From: Elsinoe ampelina
Taxonomy: Eukaryota
Reading direction: 5' to 3'
NCBI GenBank assembly: GCA_010093995.1
Contig: ML992509.1
Location: 852,178-888,878 of the forward strand
DNA: 36,701 nt
The notes below the pieces were generated by a model that did no database searches, was not told where the DNA came from, and saw nothing but the letters and a program-made list of their open reading frames with translations. The translations under genes and the position numbers were made by a program. The first letter of the stretch is position 1. Every line of letters starts with the position of its first letter. Shown here piece by piece: positions 12,148 to 25,171 of this stretch.

Positions 12148-12858
12148 ATGAGAATCACACTGACTGCAGCTGCTTTCGCAACCCTACTGGCTGTGAGCGC
12201 AGCAGAAACACAAGAACCAGCCACCGCCGACCCAGCAGCATCTGCGTTTCTCCATGGCGATGGCTCCCTTCTGGACATCGCCATGAAGAACGTCGAAGGC
12301 GCTGATCGGCCAGACGATCCAGCTTGGCGTGATGGGCAATGCGTTAGTCTCTCCGCCCTCTCGTTACTACCCATCTAACACCACCAGGGACCTTGCATCC
12401 TGGATACTCTCGACCGCCAAACAGACCCCACGCTCGACACTGTGGTAGCCGAATGCGCCGAGCAATCGCCACCTGCGCTCAGACGTCGACAACATACCTG
12501 CGCCATCTGCGGCGCTCCCGGTAAAGCTGCGACCATGGGTGTACCCGAGAAACCTCAACGACGCCGCAAAAGAACACCACAGGAGCCGCCGACGCCAGTC
12601 TCATCTGCGCCGCAGCCGGAGTCGGCTCCGAGTGGAGGGGATGATGCGAACGCTGTTGTACGAAGGTCTGCTTCTGGCGGCAAGACGCCCGGTGGGTTTG
12701 AAAGAAATACATGTAAGAATCCCAATGAGGTGGCGATGAAGCTGAGTGAGACGTGGGATGATAGGGTCCCGGAGACGGAGGAGCTGAGGGCGAAGTTTGA
12801 GAAGGTGTTTGGGATGATTCTCGAGGAGGAGAAGGGAAAGAAAGGAACGCCGGCGTGA
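12148..12858 (+). CDS. Small secreted protein (~221 aa), effector candidate, 2 exons
   Basis: Signal peptide MRITLTAAAFATLLAVSAA; intron 12343-12387 (GTTAGT...CTAAC...CAG) fuses ORF 12148 to ORF 12442 in frame (GQC|GPC). Confidence 0.75.
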
Positions 12859-13404
12859 AGACCGGGATGGGTGATCAATGATCATGGATGCTGGCCCACC
12901 AACAAGCTCTCGAGGGGTATAGCCCTTACCGAAACACGCTCGCAGCTCTGCAACCGGCTCACACTGCTCGAGGGAGAATTTGAACTTGCCATTAAACTTC
13001 TGTTTGGCACGCATACACCCCGACCCCGTCGAACCACCAACGTGCGAGCTCTTCAGCAACGACGCGGCTATAAAAGCGTAGTGTGATCGAAGATCAGGAG
13101 CTGCACGGGTCTTTCTCAAAGACAAGTCATTGAAAGCTCCACTGTACGGCGTGTGTAACAACTTCAGGTGCTTGGAGCAAATCAATACTTCGGCGAGGGC
13201 AGATGGTGCACATGTGGTGCAGGGCGGCTGATCAAACCAGATCCAATGGCTCAACCGCGCCGCGTGCAAAGTGGCTATCCATGATACGCGGAGACTTGTA
13301 GATAAACTATATACTAAGCATAGCAATTCAAGTGATCTCTCACAAACCTCTCACCTACCAGCCCAGCACGTCTAACATTACATTGGGTGCAGTGGTGTCA
13401 AAAA

Positions 13405-14371
13405 ATGACACCAGAAAGCTCCAGCCGACCTGCAGCCTTCGAAACATCCACCTTTACCTTTGAGAGTGCGAATCCAGTCGCTCGTTTTGCTCTGAACATT
13501 CTGCATTGGAACGACCCATCAGGATCATCGTGTGTACAGAGGATAACATCACTCCGAGATGTGGCTAATCATGTCAGTCTGCTAGATAGCGGCGCTCACT
13601 CGGATTGCCAGATCAAAGCGAAGAGCGGAAGAGTCTTCAAGCTCCACCTTGTCATCATCACACGAGCATGTCCGTATTTTGAAAAGGTTTCTTGCGGAGG
13701 CTTCCAGGTAAGGCGGTCTCTGTCCGATACTCGATACATAACAGCTGAGCAACTTCTCACAGGAGGCGGAAGAGAAGATCCTAGACTGGTCTCAGCACGA
13801 TGAGCTGGTGATCGAAGCGACGCTGAAGTTCATCTACGGCAACGATGCCTCCAACATGTTTCCTCACCCGGAAATGGCAGATCTTGGAAACCACGTCCGA
13901 CTCTATGGCTTTGCCGACAGTATCCAGTACATAGTTCTCAAGCAGGCCGTGGTGAAACACTTGCGCCGCACGTCACAGACCAAGATGACCGCTGCCACTC
14001 TCAAATCGCTTCTGGAAAGCGTCAACCAAGTCGATCCACATAGTCAAGACCTGCTTGATGTCGCAACGGAATGGGTCGAGACGAACCTGGCAGTGATCAA
14101 GAAGTTGCCTGAAGACGAGAAATCCAAATACGCCCAGGAGACGCCCCTTTTGGCGCTGCTACTTCTGAGAGCTGAGTCGGGACCTATCTCTGAAGAGCAT
14201 CTCTATACATGCCAGAGTGACGATTGTGGCAAGTCCTTTCGGATCAAAGACAGAGACGACGTACTATATTGTCCGGCATGTGGCAAAGGTCCATCGCCCA
14301 TCTTTTCCTTCGCACAAACGCCCGAGAAACGAACAATTCCAAGTCGGCAGAGAGCTACTGGTTCCACCTAG
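13405..14371 (+). CDS. BTB/POZ-domain protein with C-terminal zinc ribbon (paralog 1)
   Basis: HSDCQIKAKSGRVFKLHLVIITRACPYFE...GGFQ|EAEEKILDW...LKFIYG...VRLYGFAD; C-terminal CQSDDC...CPACG; two introns. Confidence 0.85.
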
Positions 14372-14813
14372 AGGATGCAGGCGGATATTTTGCAGTCTCC
14401 TTCCGAGCCGTGCACTATTGGATGAATATCGAAAGCTTGCGAAGTGTTTGCGACACCTACGCCGAGGCAGATGAAGTGACAGCGCATGGAGGAGGCAGTG
14501 GAAGTGACGGCAAGCATGAACGATATCGTATCTCTCAGTCGTGACGAGTGCTTCAGCGAAGACCAAGACGTCAGGTGAAAGAGGACTGAGTGCCCACTGA
14601 TGACGACCTGGTGGTGGCCATCGGACGGGTCTGTTTCAAGACACCTGCATTCACATGCTTCTAATCACATTTCCCATTGTCATTTAGCTCGACTTTTTCA
14701 TCCTGCCTTTCATCGAGTCTTTGAAATTTCTGCTTTTCACTTTAAGCACTAGAGTCACTACCACATCTTCATCACCTGTCATATCTTGGAGCGTCCTGCA
14801 GACTCTTCCAACC

Positions 14814-15685
14814 ATGGCGGCAGCAAAGTCGACGACCGCAGATCCGACCAAGGACAGCTTCGCGCTGACCTCAGCTCACTGGATGGGACCAACCGGATCA
14901 GAGTATGTCGGATCGCCCGCTAATCGGTCGTACCTAATGAATATCACAGGCTTCTCTCTTCCGGCGTAGAGTCAGACTGCATCATCAAGGCAAGCAACGG
15001 AAAAGCATATAAGCTCCATCTCTTCATCTTGACGAAGGCATGCCCCTATTTCGCCAAGGCTTTCTGCGGCGATTTCAAGGTGAGATCCATCGTCCATGAC
15101 TTTAAACCCATCAATGACAAGTTCCAGGAGGGTGGTGAGAAATGCCTGGACTGGACCGAGTACGAACCCGACCTCGTCGACGCCACGATCGCCTTCATCT
15201 ACGGACGTGCTTACGATAAGCTCTTTCCGCCGAAGCTCGACACCACCCTCTCGTCCTACGTCCGCCTTTACAACTTCGCCGACTTCTGCCAGTACATGCC
15301 CCTCAAAGACATGTCCATCAAGTACCTACGCGACCATGCCGGAAGCTTGACCACTCCGGAACCTCTGGTCCAGATGCTCCAAGCCATTCAAGAGCTTGGG
15401 CCTGACGATCCAGCTCTCAAGGATACGGCGATCAATTGTGTCAAGAAGAACGTGGTAGCACTTAGAAGCCTCCCCTTGGCTCAACGCCAGAACATGGTCA
15501 GGAGGACACCCCTGCTTGGAGCGCTTCTGATCGATCACCTGGTTGTCCTTGGCGATGGCCACTCTCTAGCACGCTACGTCTGCACGAGGTGCAAGTCTGG
15601 GTTTCAGATCGCCAGTGCCAAATCTATCAGGCACTGTCCGGCTTGTGGCTATGGCTATCCAGGATGTTTCCAGAAAATAGTCTAG
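14814..15685 (+). CDS. BTB/POZ-domain protein with C-terminal zinc ribbon (paralog 2)
   Basis: ESDCIIKASNGKAYKLHLFILTKACPYFAKAFCGDFK|EGGEKCLDW...FIYG...VRLYNFAD; CTRC...CPACG; same two intron positions as paralog 1. Confidence 0.85.
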
Positions 15686-16118
15686 GCGTCAACGCTATGG
15701 ATTAGACAAATCTGAGACTCGATCAACAATGCGTAGACGAAGAGTATCATCATCGCTAGGTGCTAGAGGACTACAAAGGCTTTGGAGTGATAAGCTTGGT
15801 CACGTTTGGGAGCGAGAGAACGGTCGGAGACAGGATCAATGCGACATCTTTACCGGTATATAGCGTAGATTGCACTGCATAGAAGCGAATCATTCCAAAT
15901 CGAGCCGTTGACAGATTCCATGTGTGACCACTTCGTCCTTCGCCACTGTTGATCAATGCGGCATGAGAGCGCTCCAAGCGGGATCCCGCATCCTGCCCTC
16001 CTTCGTGGCTATGAGTTCGTCTTTGAGTTCCGAAGCTAATGCTCCGCGATAGGTCCAGCCCACCATCTTCCATTGTCTCGTTGTTCTACGACCTTGCCTT
16101 GAAAGACCACATACTACC

Positions 16119-17039
16119 TCATCGTCCGCGTCTGTTTCTGACTGGCGGGAACTCGAAGAGATCGTCTTCATTGCCACACGCTGGACAGCAGTGTGGAAAA
16201 GTACGACCAGCGGTTCCCGCGGTATGGACGCGGAAGCTGGCTGCACAACCGTTGCAGTACCAATTCCGGCCGCCGTCTTCTTCTCCTTTGAGTGTGACCC
16301 TGATTGATATGTCCAGCATAATGCCTCCTAGCATCGGCGTATCGCGACTTAGGGACATCTTTGTGTCGTTTGGCAGCTTGACCAGCTCGTGGTACCCGCC
16401 CCTGACACAATTGACAGCGACTTTGTGCATGTCGTCGTTCTCCGTCAAAGACAGCCCGTCGATCGTGTTGAGTACAGCCGTGATCTCCTTGATAGGGATT
16501 TTCGTCGTTTTTTCGATTAGGAATGACGAAGCGGCGTCCTTGAGGGGCTGGTACAGGAGTCGATCAGCGAAACTGTACAGACGGACGTGCGTGTTCAGGT
16601 TGGCATCGTTGGGCAGGACAGAGGGGTAGCGACATCCGTAGATGTATCGCAGGAGGGCTTCAACCAGGACTTCTTCTTCCGTAGTCCAGTCGATGCACTG
16701 CTCAGTCGCTTCCTGCAATCGTCATTGAACCACACTTGCATGGGGAACACTTCGGAAGGGGAGCCACCTTGAAACTACCGGCTAGAGCCGTCTCGAAGTA
16801 GGGACACGCCGCGGCGAGTATGTTGCGGTGCAGCTTGATTGTCTTGCTGGCGACCTTGATCTCGCAGTCCGAAAATCGCCCGCTGGTCAAGAGACTGATG
16901 TTTTGTTAGATACTAGCAGACTGCCGACTATTTTCACAGCATACTCATATCCAGAGCGATTGACCCAGCTCTCTGGGCCGATATTGAAGTTGTCGGCATT
17001 GGATAGGACGTCCTTGTTGGTTTCTGCAGCGCTAGCCAT
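16119..17039 (-). CDS. BTB/POZ-domain protein with C-terminal zinc ribbon (paralog 3, inverted)
   Basis: FSDCEIKVASKTIKLHRNILAAACPYFETALAGSFK|EATEQCIDW...LLRYIYG...VRLYSFAD; CNGC...CPACG; same two intron positions. Confidence 0.85.
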
Positions 17040-17265
17040 GGTCTTCAGGGCAGCAGTGGAACAGAAGACCGGAGATGTAAAGCGATGAAAGTATGAAGAG
17101 AGAAAGAGGATGTGAAAAGGAAAGGGACCAACCGTAAAAGGATGTTTGTCAGGTGATGTCACATGTGAATACGCCGAAAGCACTTTTTCCCGTCAGACAG
17201 GGCAAGCACTGGCTCGCCGGTCGCCGTCGTGTATCATTTGTCTCGTCTACATCATGATCACCAGA

Positions 17266-18818
17266 CTACATCTTGCCATTCGTCTCCTTCTCCTGAAGCA
17301 CGCAGAAAGCCTTGAATGTCGTGAATGCCTCGTTCGGTGATGTGCTTTCCAGTACCGCAGTTGCCGTGGCGCCCACGAAGAACACGTGACCCTCCTTCAC
17401 TACCTCTTCCTTGGGACCGACACTGATCTTGCCGCTGCCTCCGGTGCAGATGATGATGCTCGGCCCCTCGATGGGCTCAAAGGTCGCTTTGGCTCCCTGC
17501 TGTTTGAGGTCGGTCTTGACAACGCTGAACTCTTCGATTGGAGGATCATAGAGGGTGGCGGAAGAGCTCGAGGTGTATGCGATCTGATTGAGGGTGACGA
17601 AAGGGTAGTCCGTGGGCGCCATCTTCTGTTCGCTGATCGGGGCGTAGCTGTACGTGAGGGTGTTCGTCAGGGTATCGACATCCTTGAATTTGGGCGTGAA
17701 GCCTGCTCGAATGACATTGTCGGAGCTGGCCATACATTCGATGATATCTTGGGGGGGTCAGCACTCATCCTAGTCAGGTCACCCACAGCAGCTCACCTCC
17801 AGACAAGTAAGCATGGATGTCGTCAGCCTTCAGAAACATGGCCTCGCCAATTTCCAGTTTGACGTAGTTAAGGAAGAATGTCACGAACAATCCAATATCG
17901 GCAGGAAATTGTCCATCGAGGCGGACCATCAAATCTGCGAGCTCTTTGCCGGTGTTGCTGGGACCGCCACTGCCAGCGAATTCCTCTCCTTCTTCTTTGG
18001 CCTGCTTGATCAGCTCCTTTGACTGCTCCTTGATCTTTTCCGGATCAGCCTTCATCAGAGCCGAGAATACTGTCTGAAGAGCCTTCTTGTTTGAGTCTTC
18101 TGCATCTTCGTCCTCCTCTTTGCCCTTGACCGTGTCGATGAATTGCTTCGCCTTATCTTCTCCTACCAGAGACCGCAGGCTAGGCACCTTGTCGAGGAAG
18201 TGTGAGATCTCAAGTAGAGGTCGGAAGCCACAGAGTCCATCGAAGGGCGTGATCGCGATTGTCATCTCAGGCTTGTGGTTGTCATCCGGGTAGTTCTTGG
18301 GATCTTTGGCGTGGAGCTTCTCTGCCAACTTCTTGTTCGGATGTGCTTGTATCGAGAGCGCTTTGTTGATGGAGAGGACCTTGAAGAGGAAAGGGAGCTT
18401 GTTCTGGTATTTCGACGAAATCTCGTGCGACATAAGTGCTTGGTTGTCCTCTACCAGGTCGAGGAGTGTGCGCTTCGTTTCGTAATCTTTCGATGGGTTG
18501 CTGGGATGCGTGCCCATCCACAACTATTTCGCGTCAGAGGTACTCATTGAGCTCGACACCATTTGCCTAACCTCTGCGTATGGTTTCTCATCTTGGATCC
18601 TGAAGTCATCCGAGGGAGTCGCTGCTGCAAATCGAGCTGCCGCGGAATCCTTCCCAACCTTGCCTGGAGAGCAGCATCAGAGCAATGCCGTCGGACCAAC
18701 AAGCCACACACATACCCCACTCGTAGCTGTTGCAGCCTGTTTTATGTCAATGCCAATTCATCAAAAACCACGTCATAAACAGCTTACCGCATTGCAATCT
18801 TAATAAAGGTACCTGCAT
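17266..18818 (-). CDS. PMI40: Mannose-6-phosphate isomerase (class I)
   Basis: [61 protein letters not shown] and [11 protein letters not shown]; four introns. Confidence 0.96.
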
Positions 18819-19238
18819 GATCGCGTCTTGCTTTCTCAGAGTGTGAAACGTAATGCTGCTATGCTTGAAGTCCAGTAATGGTAGGGCAGGGGTACCAACA
18901 GATGAAAGAAGATGTGTCAAAGTTTTGCTCTTGGTTTGCCTGTTGTGATGAAGCCGGAAGAGCTGCCCCGCGATTTTGTGGTGGGTCCCGAACCCCTTGT
19001 CCGGGCTGAAGATCTGCAGAGCTCACAGAGCCGCATGGCGGGCCGCTCCTGGCGAGAAGCGGGCGGGCGAGATCGGCTCCATGCATTCGACTTGTCCATG
19101 CGCCCACTCTTTCTTCTACATACCTGCCCATAGTGGCGATCGCATACCTTGGCAATTATTAATTGAGAGCCGGGCTCGTTCCTCTGGATATACTGAACAA
19201 TTGCTGGATGTGTACGATATCGCCTCTACCTCCACAAC

Positions 19239-20590
19239 ATGTCACGAAGCAGACAACCACGAGCAAACCACAACCAGGATGCTGATGAGGAGAAGAGACT
19301 ATGGGGTCAGATCAAGGCTGAGGCAAAGAAGATTGATTCTATGATCGTAAGAAAGAAGTCCATTGCTCGTACAGTCAGAAGACTGAGTCATGAAGGCCAG
19401 ATGTGGGTCCATAGGCAATGAGATTGTTGAGATTGAGAAGCAACAGGCAGCTCTGCTAGGTCCGTATGTGCTCTTGATAACGCAGCCGCAAACTAACCGT
19501 ATGTCCGAAGATGCGGACAAGCTGTCCGATGCGGCACTCGACTCGAAGCTAGAGGAGCTGTACCGAGAGAACGTCCGGCTGAGCGAGCAAATACAGCACA
19601 TGATCGAAGGTAAATCAGACGAGGTGAATCTGTTGGATAACATTCGGATTCTCCAAGCACTGCGAGAGTCTGCCGAGGAGTCCGTCCCTCTCAGTGCTAG
19701 TTCTGTTAGAAGCGCATCAGCAAATGGTGGAGCCAAGTCACGCGCGGCGCTAGTGGCTAAACGGAAAGCCAACGGCAATCCTGGCAGTGCGATTACAGAT
19801 GATGGCGACGACAGTACTATCTCATCTCCTCGAGGCTCCGGTCGACTCAATGCAGTACCAGGAAGGGAGAAGTCGGCACGTGGGAGCAGCGCCGCCCCTA
19901 GCATGCGAGAAGCAAGCGTCAAGATCGAAGATGGGGCGGAGAGCGTCACTAGCAGTGTCGACGGCGGAGGTACTGCCTCCAAGCCAGCATCTGAAGCCGG
20001 CAACCTGGCCATTAACATATCAAGTAAGGAGACGCGCGGGCCATTGTCTGCGACGTCCAACACTTCAGGAACACCTCTGACGCCGACAGCCACACAACAA
20101 GCACGACAAGCGTTGATACCAGGGGCCATGGTCTTCTATCGTAACAAGGGTCGAGCACAAGAGGGCGAAGGTATACTATGCCGAGTCACAAGTGTCATAG
20201 GCGAGGGCAAGCAGAGACGTTATGAGATACAAGATGCCGATCCAGATCCACAACCTGGCACCGGCGAGATCCCGGCTCCGTATCGGGCCAGTGTCAGTCA
20301 TCTATACGCTATCCCCGCCTCCAATGCTCTGCCTGATCTGGCAAAAGGAAGGAATGTGCTGGCGCAGTATCCCGTAAGTACAACATGGTTGCCTATGATC
20401 ACCTGGCTCATGTGCATAGGACACAACCACCTTCTATAAAGCAGAAGTCTCCACTCCCTGGCGAGCTAAGGATCTCTCCGGAGAGAAAGGCGCTTACGTC
20501 CGACTTCGCTTCGAAGGCGAAATGGAAGAAGCCAAAGAGATGGAGGTCGAGCGACGATTCGTTGTGCCTGACCCGCCAACATCGAAGTGA
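19239..20590 (+). CDS. SGF29: SAGA complex subunit Sgf29 (tandem Tudor domain)
   Basis: N-terminal coiled coil; EGILCRV...RYEIQDADPD...VLAQYP|DTTTFYKAEV...LRFEGE...EVERRFV; spliced, last exon ends at TGA 20590. Confidence 0.9.
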
Positions 20591-21076
20591 TGCCTCCGCG
20601 GCGACCGAGATGCCGAGAAGCATCAAACCGACCATTCATACCATCACTTGAATAAGAACAGCAGGATATTCGAAGGATGTTCAAAGACTACAAGAAAGTA
20701 GAAAAACGCTAGACCTGTCCAACCCGAGATGACCAAATGTCGGACAATTGAAGACTCAAGAGACAGCGTCCGAAGAAGAATTCCCCTTCTCGCTCGATCC
20801 AATGTCCGTGTATGCTTGGAGACAACTCCGTCTCCTGTATCCCATCTGCCCATCCATGCCCGACCCTTCTCCCCAATCATCACGACAATCCCAAACCCCA
20901 TCCCCGATCTAAGACACCACCCTCCGGCATCGTCGACGCTTCAACAACGAAACGAAAGTGAAAAGGGTATACAACTCTTCTCCCCTCCTGCCCCTCCCCG
21001 CTCGTGCGGGCCCAGAAATGACAACCTGTAACCAAAACCCCCCGGAAATCTATCACCTCTCCCAAGGCACGCAATA

Positions 21077-21777
<701 letters not shown>

Positions 21778-22490
21778 GGTGACGGTGGTGGGGTGTGAGT
21801 GGTTTGAGATGGGTTCGTCGCTTTCTCTCGTGGTGTGTATGCTCTTATATGCGCTTGCTCGTCAGGCCGCTTCAATCTCGGTGATGTTGTACAGGAGTGG
21901 TTTCAGATGATGCGAGGCGCTTGTTGCGGCTTTGGTCCTGGAAATGTCTGGGTAGTTGCAGTAATGTCGCTCGGAAGAACAAAAGGTCGCTTGGATCTTT
22001 GACCAGCCACCTCAAAGTCTTTCACCCGACTAGTCGTTGGCTATAGGGACGGTGGAACGTTGTGCGCGGCAATGTTGTAACGGGGAACAAAGTGGGCCGT
22101 TGGATCGGAGAGGCCTCAGGTACGGAAGGTCGAAATGTCGCGTGGATGTGGATGCGGTATTGCGCGAGGTGATTCAATGCTTCCGCGAGAGCTGCAGAGT
22201 GCGGCGGAGATGCTAATAGGACGCGAAATTTGGTCCCTGAAATGGTGTATCGCCTATCCCTATTGCCTGCAGTGCCTACTCATCAAGTTAGATGAGGCCG
22301 AGGCGGGAGCTGTCCACGCTGTCCAATCAGCCCCACCGGAAGCTCGAGTCTATTCAATATTCTGTCGGTTTCGCTCGATTCCGAATGGTGCTAGCCTAAT
22401 CGAGGAATAATCATCAGAGCTTGGACGGCATCATACATTCATGTCTTGACGAGGATTATTTTGTAGACATCATTTCATCTGTGACCGCTA

Positions 22491-23381
22491 TCATACAATC
22501 ATACCCTGAAAGGAGTCCTCTCCTTCTATCACGGTTCTTTTCACCTGGCTTTCCATATCTGCAGACATCGACTTCGACGTCAGGTCCGCCGTGGAGAGGC
22601 GCATGACATGCGTTCCTCCCTTTTGCAGCTCTGGCACCAGCCTCTCCCACAGATACTTGACCTGCTCATTCGCGTACCGGTAAGTGTTCTCCTTCATCGT
22701 GCAAAGCCCCTCGCAAAGAGCTCGCTCGATCTCCATCTCATCGCGTCCCTGCTCGACCAACGAAGCCCAGGTCTTCAACTCCTCGTAGCCAATCGCCTTC
22801 CATATTCCCCTGCCTCTCATGTCTCCGCCCGCGTCGCTCTCCATTCTCCAAAGCTCTCGAACCTCATCTAGCATCCCCGAGTGCAGCATGCCATCGAATC
22901 GTTTACTGATGCGCTCCCGCGTCACATTCTCTGGTGGGCATACCACAATGACCTGGAGATGGCGGCCCTGCCGAGATATCTCCCTCAAGACTGGTCCAGA
23001 GAAGCTCATACTCCCTCCGCAGACGACAACCGCTTTGCCCTTGCGTTGTATTTGGTCCATCGCAGTGAAGAAATCATCAAAGTAAGTTTTCGGCTCTTCG
23101 TCTGGAGGCAAGTAGGTCACAAGATGGTGCGGTGCCTGTGCCTTCTCCTCGGCCGAAGGAGCGGCGGTGAGGATAGGAGCATGATAGTAGACTTGTAAGG
23201 AGTCAAGAGAGATGACCTCCCCGTCAAGAGCCCGGGCGACTTGAATAGCGAGGGCAGTCTTGCCTGATGCCGTAGGGCCGAGGACAGCGATGATCGGAGG
23301 ACGCCCCAGGGTTGTCGTGGACAGTGGAACAGACATGGTGATAGGTTTTGAGAGAGATGCAATTGTCGGTACCGAACCCAT
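22491..23381 (-). CDS. ipt: Stand-alone isopentenyltransferase (IPT/DMATase fold), probably adenylate-type cytokinin synthase
   Basis: P-loop GPTASGKT, DSLQVY, PHHL, CGGSMSF, RISKRFDGML..GMLDEV, KAIGYEE and TYRYANEQ. Only 296 aa, without the large tRNA-binding insertion or C-terminal Zn finger of Mod5-type enzymes. Confidence 0.88.
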   Translation of the reverse strand: MGSVPTIASLSKPITMSVPLSTTTLGRPPIIAVLGPTASGKTALAIQVARALDGEVISLDSLQVYYHAPILTAAPSAEEKAQAPHHLVTYLPPDEEPKTYFDDFFTAMDQIQRKGKAVVVCGGSMSFSGPVLREISRQGRHLQVIVVCPPENVTRERISKRFDGMLHSGMLDEVRELWRMESDAGGDMRGRGIWKAIGYEELKTWASLVEQGRDEMEIERALCEGLCTMKENTYRYANEQVKYLWERLVPELQKGGTHVMRLSTADLTSKSMSADMESQVKRTVIEGEDSFQGMIV

Positions 23382-23797
23382 TCCTGAAGGCGAGATTAGG
23401 CAGGGGTTGGTCTGTGTCGGCGTTGTTAGACCTTTATGACATGGCTGCGGTACTTCCCCTTTTAAACGTCCAGATCACGAGGTAGTTGCGAGAGCCTGCA
23501 TTGACCGAAGATCATGTTTCAACCTTTCCAGAGCATATGACCTTAGTCGATGTGGACCACAGTCGACTTCTGAGTAGGGCGGGCCGTGCCCTGATTGCCG
23601 CTCGTAGCCTCCGACATACATACCATTTCGGTGAAATCCGTGGAGCCGTACTGTATGAACTAACGCACACGACTCGAGTGTATCCAGGTTTCCGTCCGTG
23701 TCGAGAGAACAGATCAAATGTCTCGGACCGAGCACGGGGCAGCAGGTGCCATGACTTGTTACGTGACGAATATATATAGGCTTTCCTGGCTGAGGAA
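23382..23797. promoter_or_regulatory. Divergent (bidirectional) promoter region shared by IPT and LOG
   Basis: 416 bp between head-to-head ATGs; TATATATA at ~23771-23778; palindrome CTCGGACCGAG at 23722-23732. Confidence 0.6.
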
Positions 23798-24628
23798 ATG
23801 GTCCCACCAGGGAAACATCCTACGCTCCAGGAGCTTGCTACAGGGACCATGACTTGCTCTCAGACCATCACACCCCAGGTGACAGGAGACGGACACGGAT
23901 CTAGGCCGTTGGCCATCTGCGTGTTCTGCGGTGAGCGACCCATCATTCGTACACGGCCTGAAAAGACCACTCATGCAATCCAGGAGCCAGCGATAGCATA
24001 AGACCTGCATTACCAAGAGCAGTTCAGGACCTTGCTAAGGGTATCGCCGCCAAGCACTGGTCGTTGGTCTATGGCGGCGGGACCAGGGGCCTCATGGGCC
24101 TCCTGGCAAGTGCCGTAGTATGGTCGTGTGGGGCCAAGTCGGTTCACGGAATCATACCTCGTGCCATGATCGAGACCGAAGGTGGCGTCGTCCAGGTGCC
24201 TAACGAGGATCGCTTCGGGCGAACGACTATCGTTTCGACCATGCATGAACGCAAGCTTCGAATGATGCAGGAGGCGGATGCATTTGTGGCGCTTCCTGGT
24301 GGATTTGGGACAATGGAGGAACTGTTCGAGATGACGACGTGGTGAATGATTCCGATGCGATGTAAGGTGGGGACAAACGAAATAGGCTAATGTTGGCCAC
24401 AGGAATCAGTTGGGTATCCACCACAAGCCGATTGTTGTTTTCAATATTGAGGGCTTCTTCGACGAAATGCTAGCTTGGGTGAAGAAGTCGGTGGAGTACG
24501 GTCTCATCCCCGCCGATCAGGCCTCCATCATAGTGGTAGCCGACACAGCTGATCGGGTACTCGAAGCGGTGGAGAACTACCGAAATGCCCAAGGACGATA
24601 TCTGCTCGATTGGAGTATCAGCAATTGA
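23798..24628 (+). CDS. log: LONELY GUY (LOG) family cytokinin riboside 5'-monophosphate phosphoribohydrolase
   Basis: Exons 23798-23930, 23984-24341 and 24403-24628 give ICVFCG|AS, LVYGGGTRGLMG, VHGIIP, MHERK, PGGFGTMEE (PGGxGTxxE motif) and TW|NQLGIHHKP. Confidence 0.93.
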
Positions 24629-25171
24629 AGTCGATAGCCAGACACTTGTCTGCAAAACTATGAAGCGAGAAGTTCTGAACGATTCAGATCAAAAAATCAC
24701 ATCACAGGGTTCCCGAAGCTTGACTGATGACACGCCAATCTCTTGTTGCCGGTCTTGTTTCTTGCCCTATAGCCTCGAATTCCCCGCGCTTTCGGCGAGA
24801 AAAGAGCGAGTTTTCGCGCTGAGAACAGGACTGCCTAGTGGTCTGGTGCATCCGAAGTATAAACCAGCCCAAAGCATGCTTGTCCCACACAAGCGTACTA
24901 AACCTAGGGCTTGCTTGGCAATGTATCTGTGTCGCAACGTGTCGCTGTTGGTCAGTAGGGCAGGAATTACACGTAAATTCTCGCGGGAGATTTGCCGCTA
25001 ACAGGGAATATTCGTCGATCAACGCACGAGGAGATGGCTTCTCAATGGGTGGAGAACCTCTTAATGCAACAGGACTCCAGTCTGCCATTCGCAGTCCTGT
25101 CGCCGTATGATTTTGACCACCGAAATGCGACCGTATGATGACCTCGCCTAGATTCGTACGCACCGGCAGAT

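Noticed and set aside
12601..13326. 241-aa minus-strand ORF, or a possible fourth degenerate BTB copy near 12871-13086
   Set aside because: No ATG start, no recognisable motifs, partial antisense overlap with the secreted gene, and only a vague resemblance to BTB.
19299..20129. 276-aa minus-strand ORF
   Set aside because: Antisense shadow of SGF29.
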